Positions 20,211 to 29,411 of a stretch of DNA of 64,000 nucleotides are shown piece by piece. Below the pieces are notes generated by a model, which saw only the letters and a list, made by a program, of their open reading frames with translations, was not told where the DNA came from and searched no databases. Source of the DNA: an uncultured bacterium (GTDB lineage: Bacteria; Chlamydiota; Chlamydiia; Chlamydiales; 2-12-FULL-49-11); contig CAYGJD010000001.1 of NCBI GenBank assembly GCA_964350315.1, positions 127,084-191,083 on the forward strand. Reading direction: 5' to 3'. The position numbers and the translations under genes are program-made. Position 1 is the stretch's first letter, and the number at the start of each line of letters is the position of its first letter.

Positions 20211-20960
20211 TTATTCGCGCAATCTCGACTCAAGAACTTCTAAAGCTCTAATCTGCGTTTCAGTCTCAACTGTTGTCTCAGATGTTGACGCTCGTTGATT
20301 GTATATTCTTAGATCATTTTCTGCAGAGGGGTCGCACAAGCGCATGAAGGAGATGCTTGCAGCTACAAGGGGGGTTGTTAGATGTAGTTTTTGGTTAAAG
20401 TCAGTAATTTCTGCTTTTTGCTCAATTGGCGGTAAATCAACCTTCATTTGTATCTGTTGTCTAATAAGTAAAGAGCAAGCTGCAGTTCCTGACCTTCCGA
20501 AACCACCCCTGCAGTATATAGCAAGGTGCGAAGAATCTCTTACGGCGCTCTGAGCAATTTGGTGAACTTTATCCAAAATCTCTTGAGAGGGTGCAGTGTG
20601 GTCTTCTACATATAGAGCGTGAATGTATGCTTTTTCTTCTGGGTTCTGAAGCCAACGTCCCTGAATGAGAGAAAAGTCATCGCTGTCCATGGCAATTAGG
20701 TGTTTTGTGCCCATTGCTTGAAGTTTTGCAATTGTGGCCTTTGAATCAATACCTTCATCAACTTTTTTGCCGCTTCCGTATGGGCTGCCAAATTTTTCTG
20801 GGTGAGACAAAAGAGATACAATTAATGGTTTTCCATCAATTTTGACGATAAACTGTCTTAAATTTGCAGGATGTGTGCCAGCAGGACGAACAGATTCAAC
20901 TATTTCCTTGGCGGTCGTAAGCATAACTAAGTCTTCAGGTCTATATGATAGTCTTTCCAT
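20211..20960 (-). CDS. Cys-based protein-tyrosine/dual-specificity phosphatase
   Basis: P-loop IYCRGGFGRSG (CX5R), acid loop VEDHTAP and Q-loop VETETQ. Confidence 0.85.
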   Translation of the reverse strand: MERLSYRPEDLVMLTTAKEIVESVRPAGTHPANLRQFIVKIDGKPLIVSLLSHPEKFGSPYGSGKKVDEGIDSKATIAKLQAMGTKHLIAMDSDDFSLIQGRWLQNPEEKAYIHALYVEDHTAPSQEILDKVHQIAQSAVRDSSHLAIYCRGGFGRSGTAACSLLIRQQIQMKVDLPPIEQKAEITDFNQKLHLTTPLVAASISFMRLCDPSAENDLRIYNQRASTSETTVETETQIRALEVLESRLRE

Positions 20961-21055
20961 GAAGCATATTGTAGCATGATGGAGATAGAAACTCAAAGGT
21001 TCAAATAATTACTAATAGATGAGGGAAAGAGAGGGCAGATTAACTTCCGTTTATA

Positions 21056-21083
21056 ACGTCTGATAATATATATTATGTTACAT
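21056..21083. other. dif-like XerC/XerD recombination site
   Basis: ACGTCTGATAA-TATATA-TTATGTTACAT has the 11-6-11 layout. Its right arm matches the canonical XerD arm TTATGTTAAAT at 10/11, and its left arm ends in ATAA. It is intergenic. Confidence 0.8.
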
Positions 21084-21108
21084 TTGGGGGTTTGTGATGA
21101 TTATAGAC

Positions 21109-22179
21109 TTAAGAAAATCGTATCGGTATCCAGATGGAAATCAGGAAAAAGACTCCAACCAAAATTACATATGAGCCAATAACCCACATCCATTTCTCGG
21201 ACATTGACATATTTCCATCCATTGCATGATTCATGTTGTGATGATCTGTCGAGTGTTCATGAGAATTCATTTCATGTTTCATTTTGTGATTATGTGAATG
21301 CATTTCATGGTTTATTTCATGATTATGTGGATTCGCTTCATGTGAATTTGTCATCACTTCTGTATGTATAATATGTTCTTTATTTGTGTTATGACCGTCT
21401 AGTTTTAGGTTTTTCTTTTGGGTGTCGCATTTGCACCTGCAGGAATTGCCCTGACCGTGCTTACAGCAACGATCTTCACCTGAGTGGTGTGATTGCTCAT
21501 GTGAATGCGTTTTAGCGCCTCTATTGTGCGCGTTTTTCGACATCATTCCATGTTTTTCCTTTCGGCTGACCAAATATGAATTGATTGGGTATCCAATGAT
21601 AAATCCACCAAAAGTTGCGATCGACATAATGAACCAAAATTCTAGATTTGATGGAGATGTGCCAGCTGGCCAAAAATGTCTTAAAATTACAACAAGTGGT
21701 AACATTCCAATCATTACAAAGTTCATAGAAACAGTTTCTGCAAAAATTGTCTTAAGTACGGCTTGGCCATAGTTTCTATACATAGAAATCATAAACAATG
21801 CCTGAAAGATAAGAAGACCAAAAATATAGGCAAAAAGATACTCAATGATTGTTTCAAGGCCGTTTGGAATGGCAAAAAAAGACATAAAGAATGCAGAGAT
21901 AATGATACCAGTTGCATCACCAGCGACGCAATGAATCTCTGATCCCAGCGCTTGCTTCCAATGAGCTTTTATGAATGCGTCATGCATTCCCGGCAAAGGC
22001 TGCCTGCATGATAGGAAATAGAAAAAAAGGCCAATTGGGCCTGTATAAAGGATGACTAAAAACCAAGCAAAAGCCATTACCTTCATTGAAGGAGTGTTAA
22101 CAAGCTGATCCCAAATGAGATAAATCGCGCTCGCCACCGTTAGTACAAACCAAAGCGACATGACTCCATCAAGAAACAT
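21109..22179 (-). CDS. DUF4396-like membrane protein with a His/Cys/Met-rich loop
   Basis: LYTGPIGL, HCVAGDATG, ETVSMN, FWFIMS, YPIN and KHGM, then about 100 aa rich in His and a final TM helix. RBS GGAGGGG precedes ATG 22179. Confidence 0.8.
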   Translation of the reverse strand: MFLDGVMSLWFVLTVASAIYLIWDQLVNTPSMKVMAFAWFLVILYTGPIGLFFYFLSCRQPLPGMHDAFIKAHWKQALGSEIHCVAGDATGIIISAFFMSFFAIPNGLETIIEYLFAYIFGLLIFQALFMISMYRNYGQAVLKTIFAETVSMNFVMIGMLPLVVILRHFWPAGTSPSNLEFWFIMSIATFGGFIIGYPINSYLVSRKEKHGMMSKNAHNRGAKTHSHEQSHHSGEDRCCKHGQGNSCRCKCDTQKKNLKLDGHNTNKEHIIHTEVMTNSHEANPHNHEINHEMHSHNHKMKHEMNSHEHSTDHHNMNHAMDGNMSMSEKWMWVIGSYVILVGVFFLISIWIPIRFS

Positions 22180-22238
22180 AACTCCCCTCCCTTCTAAGTC
22201 CTTATTAGGAGCAAGAATCACTATTCTTGTCTATCTTG

Positions 22239-22275
22239 AAAAAAAAGGAATTTAGGCTATTTAACCTAAATTCCT
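22239..22275 (-). terminator. Rho-independent terminator after the Cys-rich peptide gene
   Basis: AGGAATTTAGG-N8-CCTAAATTCCT with a U8 tail on the minus strand. Confidence 0.8.
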
Positions 22276-22285
22276 AATGCACGTT

Positions 22286-22567
22286 TTATTTTTTCTTTGT
22301 GCTTTTTGAAGCACATGAACAACCGTTACAATCTGCATAACAGCAGCTGCCTGGAGTGTTACAGTTTCCTGTACACCAAGCGTTACAATAGCAACATCCA
22401 CTCAAAGCGTCCACTACAAGAGCCTCTACTCCAGTGAATTCTTTGTGTCCCTCGTTGTTTGTTAATAGGTTGCTTTTTAGGTAAGCTAATACAATTTTTT
22501 TGTCTGATGCACTAAGGCTAGCAAGTGCGCCAGTGATTATTGTTACAGCTTTTGGTGTTTTGGCCAT
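22286..22567 (-). CDS. Small protein with a C-terminal 10-Cys cluster
   Basis: AAAGGAG RBS before ATG 22567; 93 aa; ends GCCYCNAWCTGNCNTPGSCCYADCNGCSCASKSTKKK; has its own terminator. Confidence 0.8.
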   Translation of the reverse strand: MAKTPKAVTIITGALASLSASDKKIVLAYLKSNLLTNNEGHKEFTGVEALVVDALSGCCYCNAWCTGNCNTPGSCCYADCNGCSCASKSTKKK

Positions 22568-22655
22568 GGCAATTTCTCCTTTTTTGTTTTTGCCTATAAT
22601 CAAATTATAGCAATCAAGGAGGATTTAGATAAAAGTTGCTGATAATCAAAGCGCG

Positions 22656-22689
22656 AAAAAAAAGACCGTAGAATTTCTACGGTCTTTTT
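22656..22689 (-). terminator. Intrinsic terminator (symmetric) after the 931-aa gene
   Basis: AAAAAAAAGACCGTAGAA-T-TTCTACGGTCTTTTT, a perfect hairpin with A and T tails. Confidence 0.85.
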
Positions 22690-22710
22690 GGGTCTTGATA
22701 GCAGTGAAGT

Positions 22711-25506
22711 TTAAACTTCTGATGTACTCCCATTAGGATTTAATCTAGCTCCATCGCTCATCAATGATTCCTCGTCACCTGTGTGAGGGACTGTTATGCC
22801 TTCTGGGTTTGCGCCTCCAGTTGCTGATGAAAGATCTTCAAGAGAGCCTGGGCTCTCTTCACCTGGCAAGTGCGACGTAGATACAGTTGATGTTGCGCTG
22901 CTTACAGGTAAATAAACATCCATAAGAGCATCAGCGGCATAGAAAGCGTAATTGTCTGGCATTGTTTCATTTGCTAGACTATCAGGGTCATAAGCTTTTC
23001 CGACCGACACAACACTCATTCCGTAGTGAGCTGCAATTTCACTTAGATTTAGCGCAGCAAATTGTTCGCTAGTCAAAATGTATCTCCTTGTTTCGTGCCC
23101 TTCCCAACTAAAGTCTGTTGCCCACTGAGAGCTTACATGAGAATTGCTTGTGTGTTCGTCTGTTTCAAAAAGAGTTCCTTCGATTTCACCAAGAAGAGGT
23201 ACAACCGGTGTGCTGCTACCATACATTTGCATTACAGCGGGTAGGTGATCTTTTGTAGCTGTTAGTGGAAGTAGTAGTTCTCCAATATCAGTTTTGAAGA
23301 AAATCATTTCCCCGTTTACGAACAGTCCAGCTGTAATAACGGTATTTGGACCATTTAGCCAAGGCTGGCCAGATTCTGTGCGGTTAAGCACTGAAACTCC
23401 TGTTGGGTAGGGATAGAGGTTACCAGAATCAATAGCAGTTTGGTAACCTGGTGTGTAAAATCTTGTCTGAAGTTGTGTGTCGAGCTCTGCTGGAGGGTTT
23501 GCCACATTTGCACTTTTTGTATACTCTGTGAAAGTGTGAGCAAATTCATCCCAAAAAAGTATAGTTCCTGTGTCTACATTACTTTCACCAGTAATGACGT
23601 GACCCGTGACTAATTCTGCTCTGCGGAGACCTGCAGCATGAGACAAGACTTGTTCTGGTAGGAAATAATTTTGGTCCACCAATTGTTGCGTAAGTACCGA
23701 TTCTGATGCGAACAGTCTGGAGTTAGCAATTTGAACAGCTCTTTCCATCTGCTGCGCTGTTTGAGTGAGCGCTCGGACTTCTTGTGTTTTTGTTGCTAAA
23801 TTAGTCTCAGTTGCAGCTAGCGCATCTTTAAGTCTAGCGATTTCAGCTGCATTAGTGCCTTGTGAGGCTTGTTGAGCCTGCAATTCCACTAATCTTGCTT
23901 TAAGCTTTGCTTTACTTTCTGTTAGCACTTGCACTTGTTCTTGAAGGGTCGCTTTTTCCTCAGCTGCTATGCGGGCCGCATTCATTGCAGTTTTAGCGCT
24001 TTCGTCAACAGTGGTAAAACGGCCTTGAAGAAGTATAAGAGCTTCATGTTTCTCATTCAATGCTGTAGAGATTGTTGCGCTTTCTTGTTTTTGTGCTGCA
24101 AGCTCTAATTTAAGATCTTTTAAAGTCTCTTCAAGTTGGGCTTTTGCAGTTGTTTCTAAGCCAAGTTGTCTTTTGGTCTCTTCTATTTGTTGTTGTAGTT
24201 CAAGCGCGTTTCTTTGTGCAGCCTGGTGTTTTTGCATAGCTTCTTCTCGAACAGATTCTAGTTGAGCTTTTAGGGTAGCTGTAGGATCAACACCTTCTGC
24301 TGGGAGAGCTTTTGATTGCTCTAAAGATTCTCGAAGTTGTGTGATCATCTCCATTTTTTGTACGATTTCAAGTGCAGCTTTTGCGAGGTTGGCTTTGAGG
24401 AGAGCTATCTCTTCAGATTCGGCTTTTGTTTGTATGCTAGCTGTTTTTAACTGTTCTTCTAATGCAATTAAACGAGCATCAACAGTAGCTTTTGCGCGCT
24501 TAAGATCAGCAAGTTCAGCAAGCGCCTCTTCTGCCTGGCGTTTAACTTCGGCATGAGTAGCTATCTGGGCTGAGAGCTCTTCTAAACGTAGAGTTTGCTG
24601 ATCCAAAGTGGTTTTAGCAGTGGTTAAAGCTTCTGTTGATATGGTGAGCTGTGCTTGAACTTCTGCAAGTTGAGCTGTCTTGTCTATTACAGCTTGAAGT
24701 CTAGCTGTACGAACTTCTGCTTCTAACAGGATGTCTGATGCCTCTTCTCCTGATGCAGCACGTAGAGTGTTGTCTACTGCGAGCAACAGTGGTGCTGAAT
24801 TTACAGTTGATTGCGCTTGCAGTGCCGTGATGCGAGCGGTTAGCTGATCTGCATCGGTTGCTGTTCCCGGTAGAGCTGCCGCCATGCCTGCTGCTGATGC
24901 AAGAGCGTCTATTTGTGCATTATGTGTGACTGTAAGTTGTGCAACATTGTCTCTTAATTCTTCTGGTGTAAGTTTTAATGCAGCTTCTTTAGTTAGACCA
25001 ACGAGTGGAGCTACAAGCTCTTTTGCTTTGTTTAGTTCGACCGAGGCAGCTTTTGCTGCAGCTTCTTTTGCTTCGATTTGCTTGTTCAGCTGACCTGCAA
25101 TTTTTGCATAAGCTGTTGATGGAGATATTGCTCCAAGGAGAATCAACGGTACCATTGAGATAGTTACTTTCAGTGCAAGAATTGTAACAATTGTGTTTTC
25201 TTTGAATGTTTCAAATGCAGCTTTAAAGTCTAGTTGCATCGCTTGAAGTGGAGTGCTTGTTACTAATGTAAATGCTTTTTGGATTGCCATGAACGCGCAA
25301 ACTACAGTTGCTTCTACAGCAATCATCGTACTGATCCATCTTGCTGTTAAAAAATTTGTTGTCGCATCGTCACCAACAATTTTTCTTGAAACCATTTTAG
25401 TCATGGTAGAATTGTAATCTTGAAAGGCATCTTCTCTGTTTTCACTGACAAACCATTTTACAAGCATGGTTTTATCATCTGAATTTCCTGTTGGTGCTGT
25501 AGTCAT
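22711..25506 (-). CDS. Large coiled-coil protein with two N-terminal hydrophobic segments (Inc-like, candidate T3SS substrate)
   Basis: AAGGAG RBS; hydrophobic residues about 55-80 and 105-128; about 470 aa of A/E/Q/K/L heptads; globular C-terminal region and a Ser/acidic tail. Confidence 0.75.
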   Translation of the reverse strand: MTTAPTGNSDDKTMLVKWFVSENREDAFQDYNSTMTKMVSRKIVGDDATTNFLTARWISTMIAVEATVVCAFMAIQKAFTLVTSTPLQAMQLDFKAAFETFKENTIVTILALKVTISMVPLILLGAISPSTAYAKIAGQLNKQIEAKEAAAKAASVELNKAKELVAPLVGLTKEAALKLTPEELRDNVAQLTVTHNAQIDALASAAGMAAALPGTATDADQLTARITALQAQSTVNSAPLLLAVDNTLRAASGEEASDILLEAEVRTARLQAVIDKTAQLAEVQAQLTISTEALTTAKTTLDQQTLRLEELSAQIATHAEVKRQAEEALAELADLKRAKATVDARLIALEEQLKTASIQTKAESEEIALLKANLAKAALEIVQKMEMITQLRESLEQSKALPAEGVDPTATLKAQLESVREEAMQKHQAAQRNALELQQQIEETKRQLGLETTAKAQLEETLKDLKLELAAQKQESATISTALNEKHEALILLQGRFTTVDESAKTAMNAARIAAEEKATLQEQVQVLTESKAKLKARLVELQAQQASQGTNAAEIARLKDALAATETNLATKTQEVRALTQTAQQMERAVQIANSRLFASESVLTQQLVDQNYFLPEQVLSHAAGLRRAELVTGHVITGESNVDTGTILFWDEFAHTFTEYTKSANVANPPAELDTQLQTRFYTPGYQTAIDSGNLYPYPTGVSVLNRTESGQPWLNGPNTVITAGLFVNGEMIFFKTDIGELLLPLTATKDHLPAVMQMYGSSTPVVPLLGEIEGTLFETDEHTSNSHVSSQWATDFSWEGHETRRYILTSEQFAALNLSEIAAHYGMSVVSVGKAYDPDSLANETMPDNYAFYAADALMDVYLPVSSATSTVSTSHLPGEESPGSLEDLSSATGGANPEGITVPHTGDEESLMSDGARLNPNGSTSEV

Positions 25507-25695
25507 GGTATACTCCTTTTTGCGTAAAGCATTTAATCATATAGATGTTAAGTATTATTAAAGATGGTGTTAAATACTTCAACATAAATAATTAATTGAC
25601 TGTCAAGGGTTAGCGAAGCTTTTGTTCTATCGTGGATTTCAACTGTTAGAAAAAAGAAACTTGTCGTAATATCTGAAAAAACTAAGGAGATTTTT

Positions 25696-27042
25696 ATGGC
25701 TAAATCAAAAGACTTTTCAAAAGGGATTAAACAAGAGACGACCAAAACATTTAGGAAGAATTTTTTAGACGACCCTAAGAATAGAATGGCAAGAAATGCT
25801 CTTTCACGCTCTAAACTTCAGGATGTCGCGTTAAATTGGGATAGTTTTCGCGAAATCAATCATTCATTTTCACATGTTGTGAAGAAAGAACTCAAAGTGA
25901 CTAATCAGAAGAAATCAGGTAGATGTTGGCTCTTTGCTGCAACAAATATTCTGAGATTGAAAGTCGCGAATCATTACAAGTTAGAAGAGTTTGAATTGTC
26001 GCAAAGTTACCTCTATTTTTGGGATAAGTTTGAGAAAGCAAACTTTTTCCTAGAGAGCGTAATTGAAACAAAAGATGAAGCTTTTGACTCAAGAATCGTC
26101 ATGCATATTTTCTCAAAGCCTCTAGATGATGGTGGACAGTGGCACATGTTTGTCTCAATCGTAGAAAAATATGGCATAGTCCCCCAAAGCGTTTATCCTG
26201 ATTCATCGGGTTGTTTTGATTCAACTGAGATTAGTAAAACAATCGTTGAGAAGCTTAGAGAGTTTGGATCTATATTAAGAGAAAGTAAACTAAATGCAGC
26301 GCAGTTAAATAGCTTAAAAGAGAAGATGATGGAAGAAGTTTACCGCATGTTGTCGATTCATCTTGGAACTCCTCCTACAAATTTTGATTGGGAATTCAAG
26401 AATAAGGAAAAAAAGTTTACCGCATTTAGAGATTTAACTCCCAAGACCTTTTTTAAAAACCATGTAAAAGTGAATCTTAATGACTATGTTTGCCTTGTGC
26501 ACTCCCCTAGAAAAACTACCCCATATTACAAGACATATACAGTAGATTTTCTTGGTAATGTTGTAGATGGGAAAGAAATTTTCTATGTAAACGTCCCTAT
26601 TGATGTAATGAAAAGTGCCTGCGTGAAGGTGCTTAAAGAAAAAGAAGCTATTTGGTTTGGATGCGATGTGGGTAAGTATTTACATCAAGCACTTGGAGTC
26701 ATGAATGAAGAGCTTTTTGATTACAACCTAATCTATAACACTGAATTCAAGATGACAAAAGAAGAGAGAATGAACTACGGCTCAAGTATGATGACTCACG
26801 CGATGGTGTTTACTGGAGTCAATCTTGTTGATGGTAAGCCAAATCGGTGGCGTGTTGAAAATAGTTGGGGTGATACTACAGGGGAAAAAGGGTATTATAT
26901 TATGAGTGATGCCTGGTTTGATGAGTATATGTTTGAAGTCGCCATAGAAAAAAAAGACCTGCCGAAAAAGGTCCTTGATTTGCTGGGTAAAAAGCCGATA
27001 CATTTAGCTCCTTGGGATCCTTTAGGTTCGCTTGCAAGATAG
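25696..27042 (+). CDS. pepC: Aminopeptidase C / bleomycin hydrolase (peptidase C1B)
   Basis: NQKKSGRCWLFA, FWDKFEKAN, DGGQW, WFGCDV, THAMV, ENSWG and C-terminal PWDPLGSLA. Confidence 0.95.
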   Translation: MAKSKDFSKGIKQETTKTFRKNFLDDPKNRMARNALSRSKLQDVALNWDSFREINHSFSHVVKKELKVTNQKKSGRCWLFAATNILRLKVANHYKLEEFELSQSYLYFWDKFEKANFFLESVIETKDEAFDSRIVMHIFSKPLDDGGQWHMFVSIVEKYGIVPQSVYPDSSGCFDSTEISKTIVEKLREFGSILRESKLNAAQLNSLKEKMMEEVYRMLSIHLGTPPTNFDWEFKNKEKKFTAFRDLTPKTFFKNHVKVNLNDYVCLVHSPRKTTPYYKTYTVDFLGNVVDGKEIFYVNVPIDVMKSACVKVLKEKEAIWFGCDVGKYLHQALGVMNEELFDYNLIYNTEFKMTKEERMNYGSSMMTHAMVFTGVNLVDGKPNRWRVENSWGDTTGEKGYYIMSDAWFDEYMFEVAIEKKDLPKKVLDLLGKKPIHLAPWDPLGSLAR

Positions 27043-27058
27043 AATTAGTGTTGTGTCT

Positions 27059-27865
27059 TTAGTTGTTGGATTTTGATTCAAGGGCTGGTAGTGGACCGAC
27101 TGTTATGATTTTTCCCGTACCAGCAGACTCGATTGCAAGGCTTGAGTATTTATGGAATTTGTTTATAATTTTCGGGATCAAAAAGTCGTAGGTGCTAAAA
27201 AAACTACTTTGCAGTATCTTTGGGGAACCTTTTTTGTTGATTTCCCATGCGCCATGAGCTCTCCAGATGCACGATGTGTCATCTTTCCAAGCGCGTTGAT
27301 TTACATGAAACCCTTCGGCTTGCTGCATTTGCTTGAAAAGCGATTTTGAAATGGTTTTTTGGCCGATCAAACCGATGTCTGGCTCTATGGGAAGTTGGAA
27401 TCCAATAAGATTTTTGGCCCCCTTTTGGCGGAGCGCTACTTCTCTTAAGGCTTTACAGTATGATCGAAGAAGAAACACTTCCGCATAAATCCCTTCTATT
27501 AAAAATCTTGGAGCATAAGATTCTGAGTTGAAGAAGATAGTATTCATTGTGTCTTGTGCAAATGGAAGGTGGGGTTTTATTGTTTGAAGGTCAAAGCCAA
27601 CAAGATCATATGCCCATTCAGGAACGTCTAGATGCATATCAAGGACTACATCAAGATTAGACTTTTTTGCCTGATTAATCACCTTGTTAAGATGAGATAG
27701 ATATTCCCCGTTGAACTCCCTGGCTTTCTGATTTTCTAGATTTTGCCATGAAACGGGATAATGAATCGTTGTGTATCCGTCTTTTCGATAGTTTTCAAAG
27801 AGATCCTCAATAGCAAGTAAGGTAAGATCGTATTTGTCTTCTGAAGGTTCAAAATTATTTTTCAT
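27059..27865 (-). CDS. Truncated or degenerate GH5 (endoglycoceramidase-like) protein
   Basis: VSW, VVLDMH, IGFQLPIEP (where NEP is expected) and CIWRAHGAW. The C-terminal half of the barrel is absent. Confidence 0.5.
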   Translation of the reverse strand: MKNNFEPSEDKYDLTLLAIEDLFENYRKDGYTTIHYPVSWQNLENQKAREFNGEYLSHLNKVINQAKKSNLDVVLDMHLDVPEWAYDLVGFDLQTIKPHLPFAQDTMNTIFFNSESYAPRFLIEGIYAEVFLLRSYCKALREVALRQKGAKNLIGFQLPIEPDIGLIGQKTISKSLFKQMQQAEGFHVNQRAWKDDTSCIWRAHGAWEINKKGSPKILQSSFFSTYDFLIPKIINKFHKYSSLAIESAGTGKIITVGPLPALESKSNN

Positions 27866-27920
27866 GAGAATTCTCTTTTTCTTATATTATACACAAGAAA
27901 AGAGAACAGATCTTAAGTTA

Positions 27921-29015
27921 TTAACCTAGAGGAAGCGTTAAAACAGGACCGGTCGCTGTTGTTGGGCTTGATTGAAGATTGTAGAGTTGTAATAGCAGAA
28001 CAAATGTCCTTTTTGATTGCAGGTCATGTTCATCGATGTAAAACCAGTAATTTCTGTACTTTACGGAAATAAAAGCGTTCGCAGGTTTTGATTTTGAACT
28101 TTTAACTGAGAGAAGGTCTCCTACGACATCTTTCCAATCAAAGTCGTGCCCTTCTTCTGTGTGAGTACAAGGTATGCATTTTTGTTCATCTATGGAATTA
28201 GGGACTTCAACACCGAGAGATAGGTAGTACATGCAAGCTAACAATGATCTTGGCATGATTCCGATGTTGCGATTTTTTGTGAATCCCATTTCAACTTCCA
28301 AGTTGTAATAGCCGTTTTCACGGTCTCCCCCTGGCATTAGATCTTGCAGTTGTTCTGAAAGTTCAGATCCTGTAGGAAATGAAATTCCAAGACCAGCGCC
28401 TTTATAAACTTTTCCAGGTTCGTTTAACTTAATGCTAACTTGGAGTTGTTCGCGTTGTTGAAAGTATCTAAGAAGTTTTGATACTTTAATGAAGTTTTCA
28501 AATTGTGGTTGAAAGTCTGGCATTGGGCCCGATGCTGTTGGAGCATTGAGAATATCATTCATACTCTGTACGCATATTCTAAAAACACGGTCTACATCCC
28601 ATCCACCATAGATAAGTTGTTGGATAATGATTAAATCTATCGGTCTGAAGAGTTGAAGAGCAAAAGTTTGGCCTTGGAGCGGTGTATAAGAAATTGTAGG
28701 TGTGTTTTGCCAAGAGAGTTCTGCGCCAATTTTTGTGGCATTTTCTTCATTAAATCCTGGAATAGGAAATACAGGTTGAATTTTTGATCCGAAAGAGAAT
28801 TGTGTTGTAATCGCATTAACATCTAAAAAGAAAGGAAAGTCAACATATCGAAGACGAACAAGATTTAAAAGCATCTCTTCGTTTGTCGTTTTTTGCAAAG
28901 TCTCATTATAGGATGTTCTTCCTCCCCTTCCTTCTACAGCTACCTTGCTTGATACATGGCAGCTTGTTAGGAAAAGAAGTGATAAAGTAAGAGGTATTGT
29001 ATATGTTTTTTTCAC
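27921..29015 (-). CDS. Conserved hypothetical lipoprotein
   Basis: Lipobox LTSC; well-formed globular ORF with RTSYN...MLLNLVRLRY, PTISYTPLQG and YWFYID. Confidence 0.75.
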   Translation of the reverse strand: MKKTYTIPLTLSLLFLTSCHVSSKVAVEGRGGRTSYNETLQKTTNEEMLLNLVRLRYVDFPFFLDVNAITTQFSFGSKIQPVFPIPGFNEENATKIGAELSWQNTPTISYTPLQGQTFALQLFRPIDLIIIQQLIYGGWDVDRVFRICVQSMNDILNAPTASGPMPDFQPQFENFIKVSKLLRYFQQREQLQVSIKLNEPGKVYKGAGLGISFPTGSELSEQLQDLMPGGDRENGYYNLEVEMGFTKNRNIGIMPRSLLACMYYLSLGVEVPNSIDEQKCIPCTHTEEGHDFDWKDVVGDLLSVKSSKSKPANAFISVKYRNYWFYIDEHDLQSKRTFVLLLQLYNLQSSPTTATGPVLTLPLG

Positions 29016-29047
29016 TATTTAGTTCTAACAAAAAGAGGCACTTTGAT

Positions 29048-29398
29048 TCAATATATATTTACATTCCAAATGTAACGATTTGTGAAAAAACCTGTAATCC
29101 ACATGATAAGACCGCCCCAGAAAGCTGCAGAAAATGTTTCTACAACAACACCTACAGATAGTTCTGATGCAAGCCAAAAGGTGAACACGTTGATAACAAG
29201 CGTGAACAAACCCAACGTGAGAATGGTAATTGGCAATGTGAATAAAACTAAAAGTGGTCTAACAATAGAATTTACAGCTGATAGGACGATAGAGAAGAAA
29301 ACAACGTCGCGAAAATTGTCTATCGTAAAACCGGGAATTGTATGCCAAATTGTCATAACGACAAATAAAGTAATGACAAACCTAAAAATAAGTAGCAT
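29048..29398 (-). CDS. YvlD-like 4-TM membrane protein (phage holin superfamily IV)
   Basis: VNSIVRPLL..FTLPITILTLGLFTLVIN and FSAAFWG; AGGAG RBS before ATG 29398. Confidence 0.85.
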   Translation of the reverse strand: MLLIFRFVITLFVVMTIWHTIPGFTIDNFRDVVFFSIVLSAVNSIVRPLLVLFTLPITILTLGLFTLVINVFTFWLASELSVGVVVETFSAAFWGGLIMWITGFFTNRYIWNVNIY

Positions 29399-29411
29399 AA
29401 GGTAGCTCCTG

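Noticed and set aside
25577-25604. Second dif-like half site (minus strand TTATGTTGAAG)
   Set aside because: The partner arm lacks ATAA at the correct 6-bp spacing, and such a match is expected by chance in AT-rich DNA.
29048-29398. Holin annotation taken as evidence of a prophage
   Set aside because: YvlD-type proteins are common chromosomal membrane proteins, and no phage genes are nearby.
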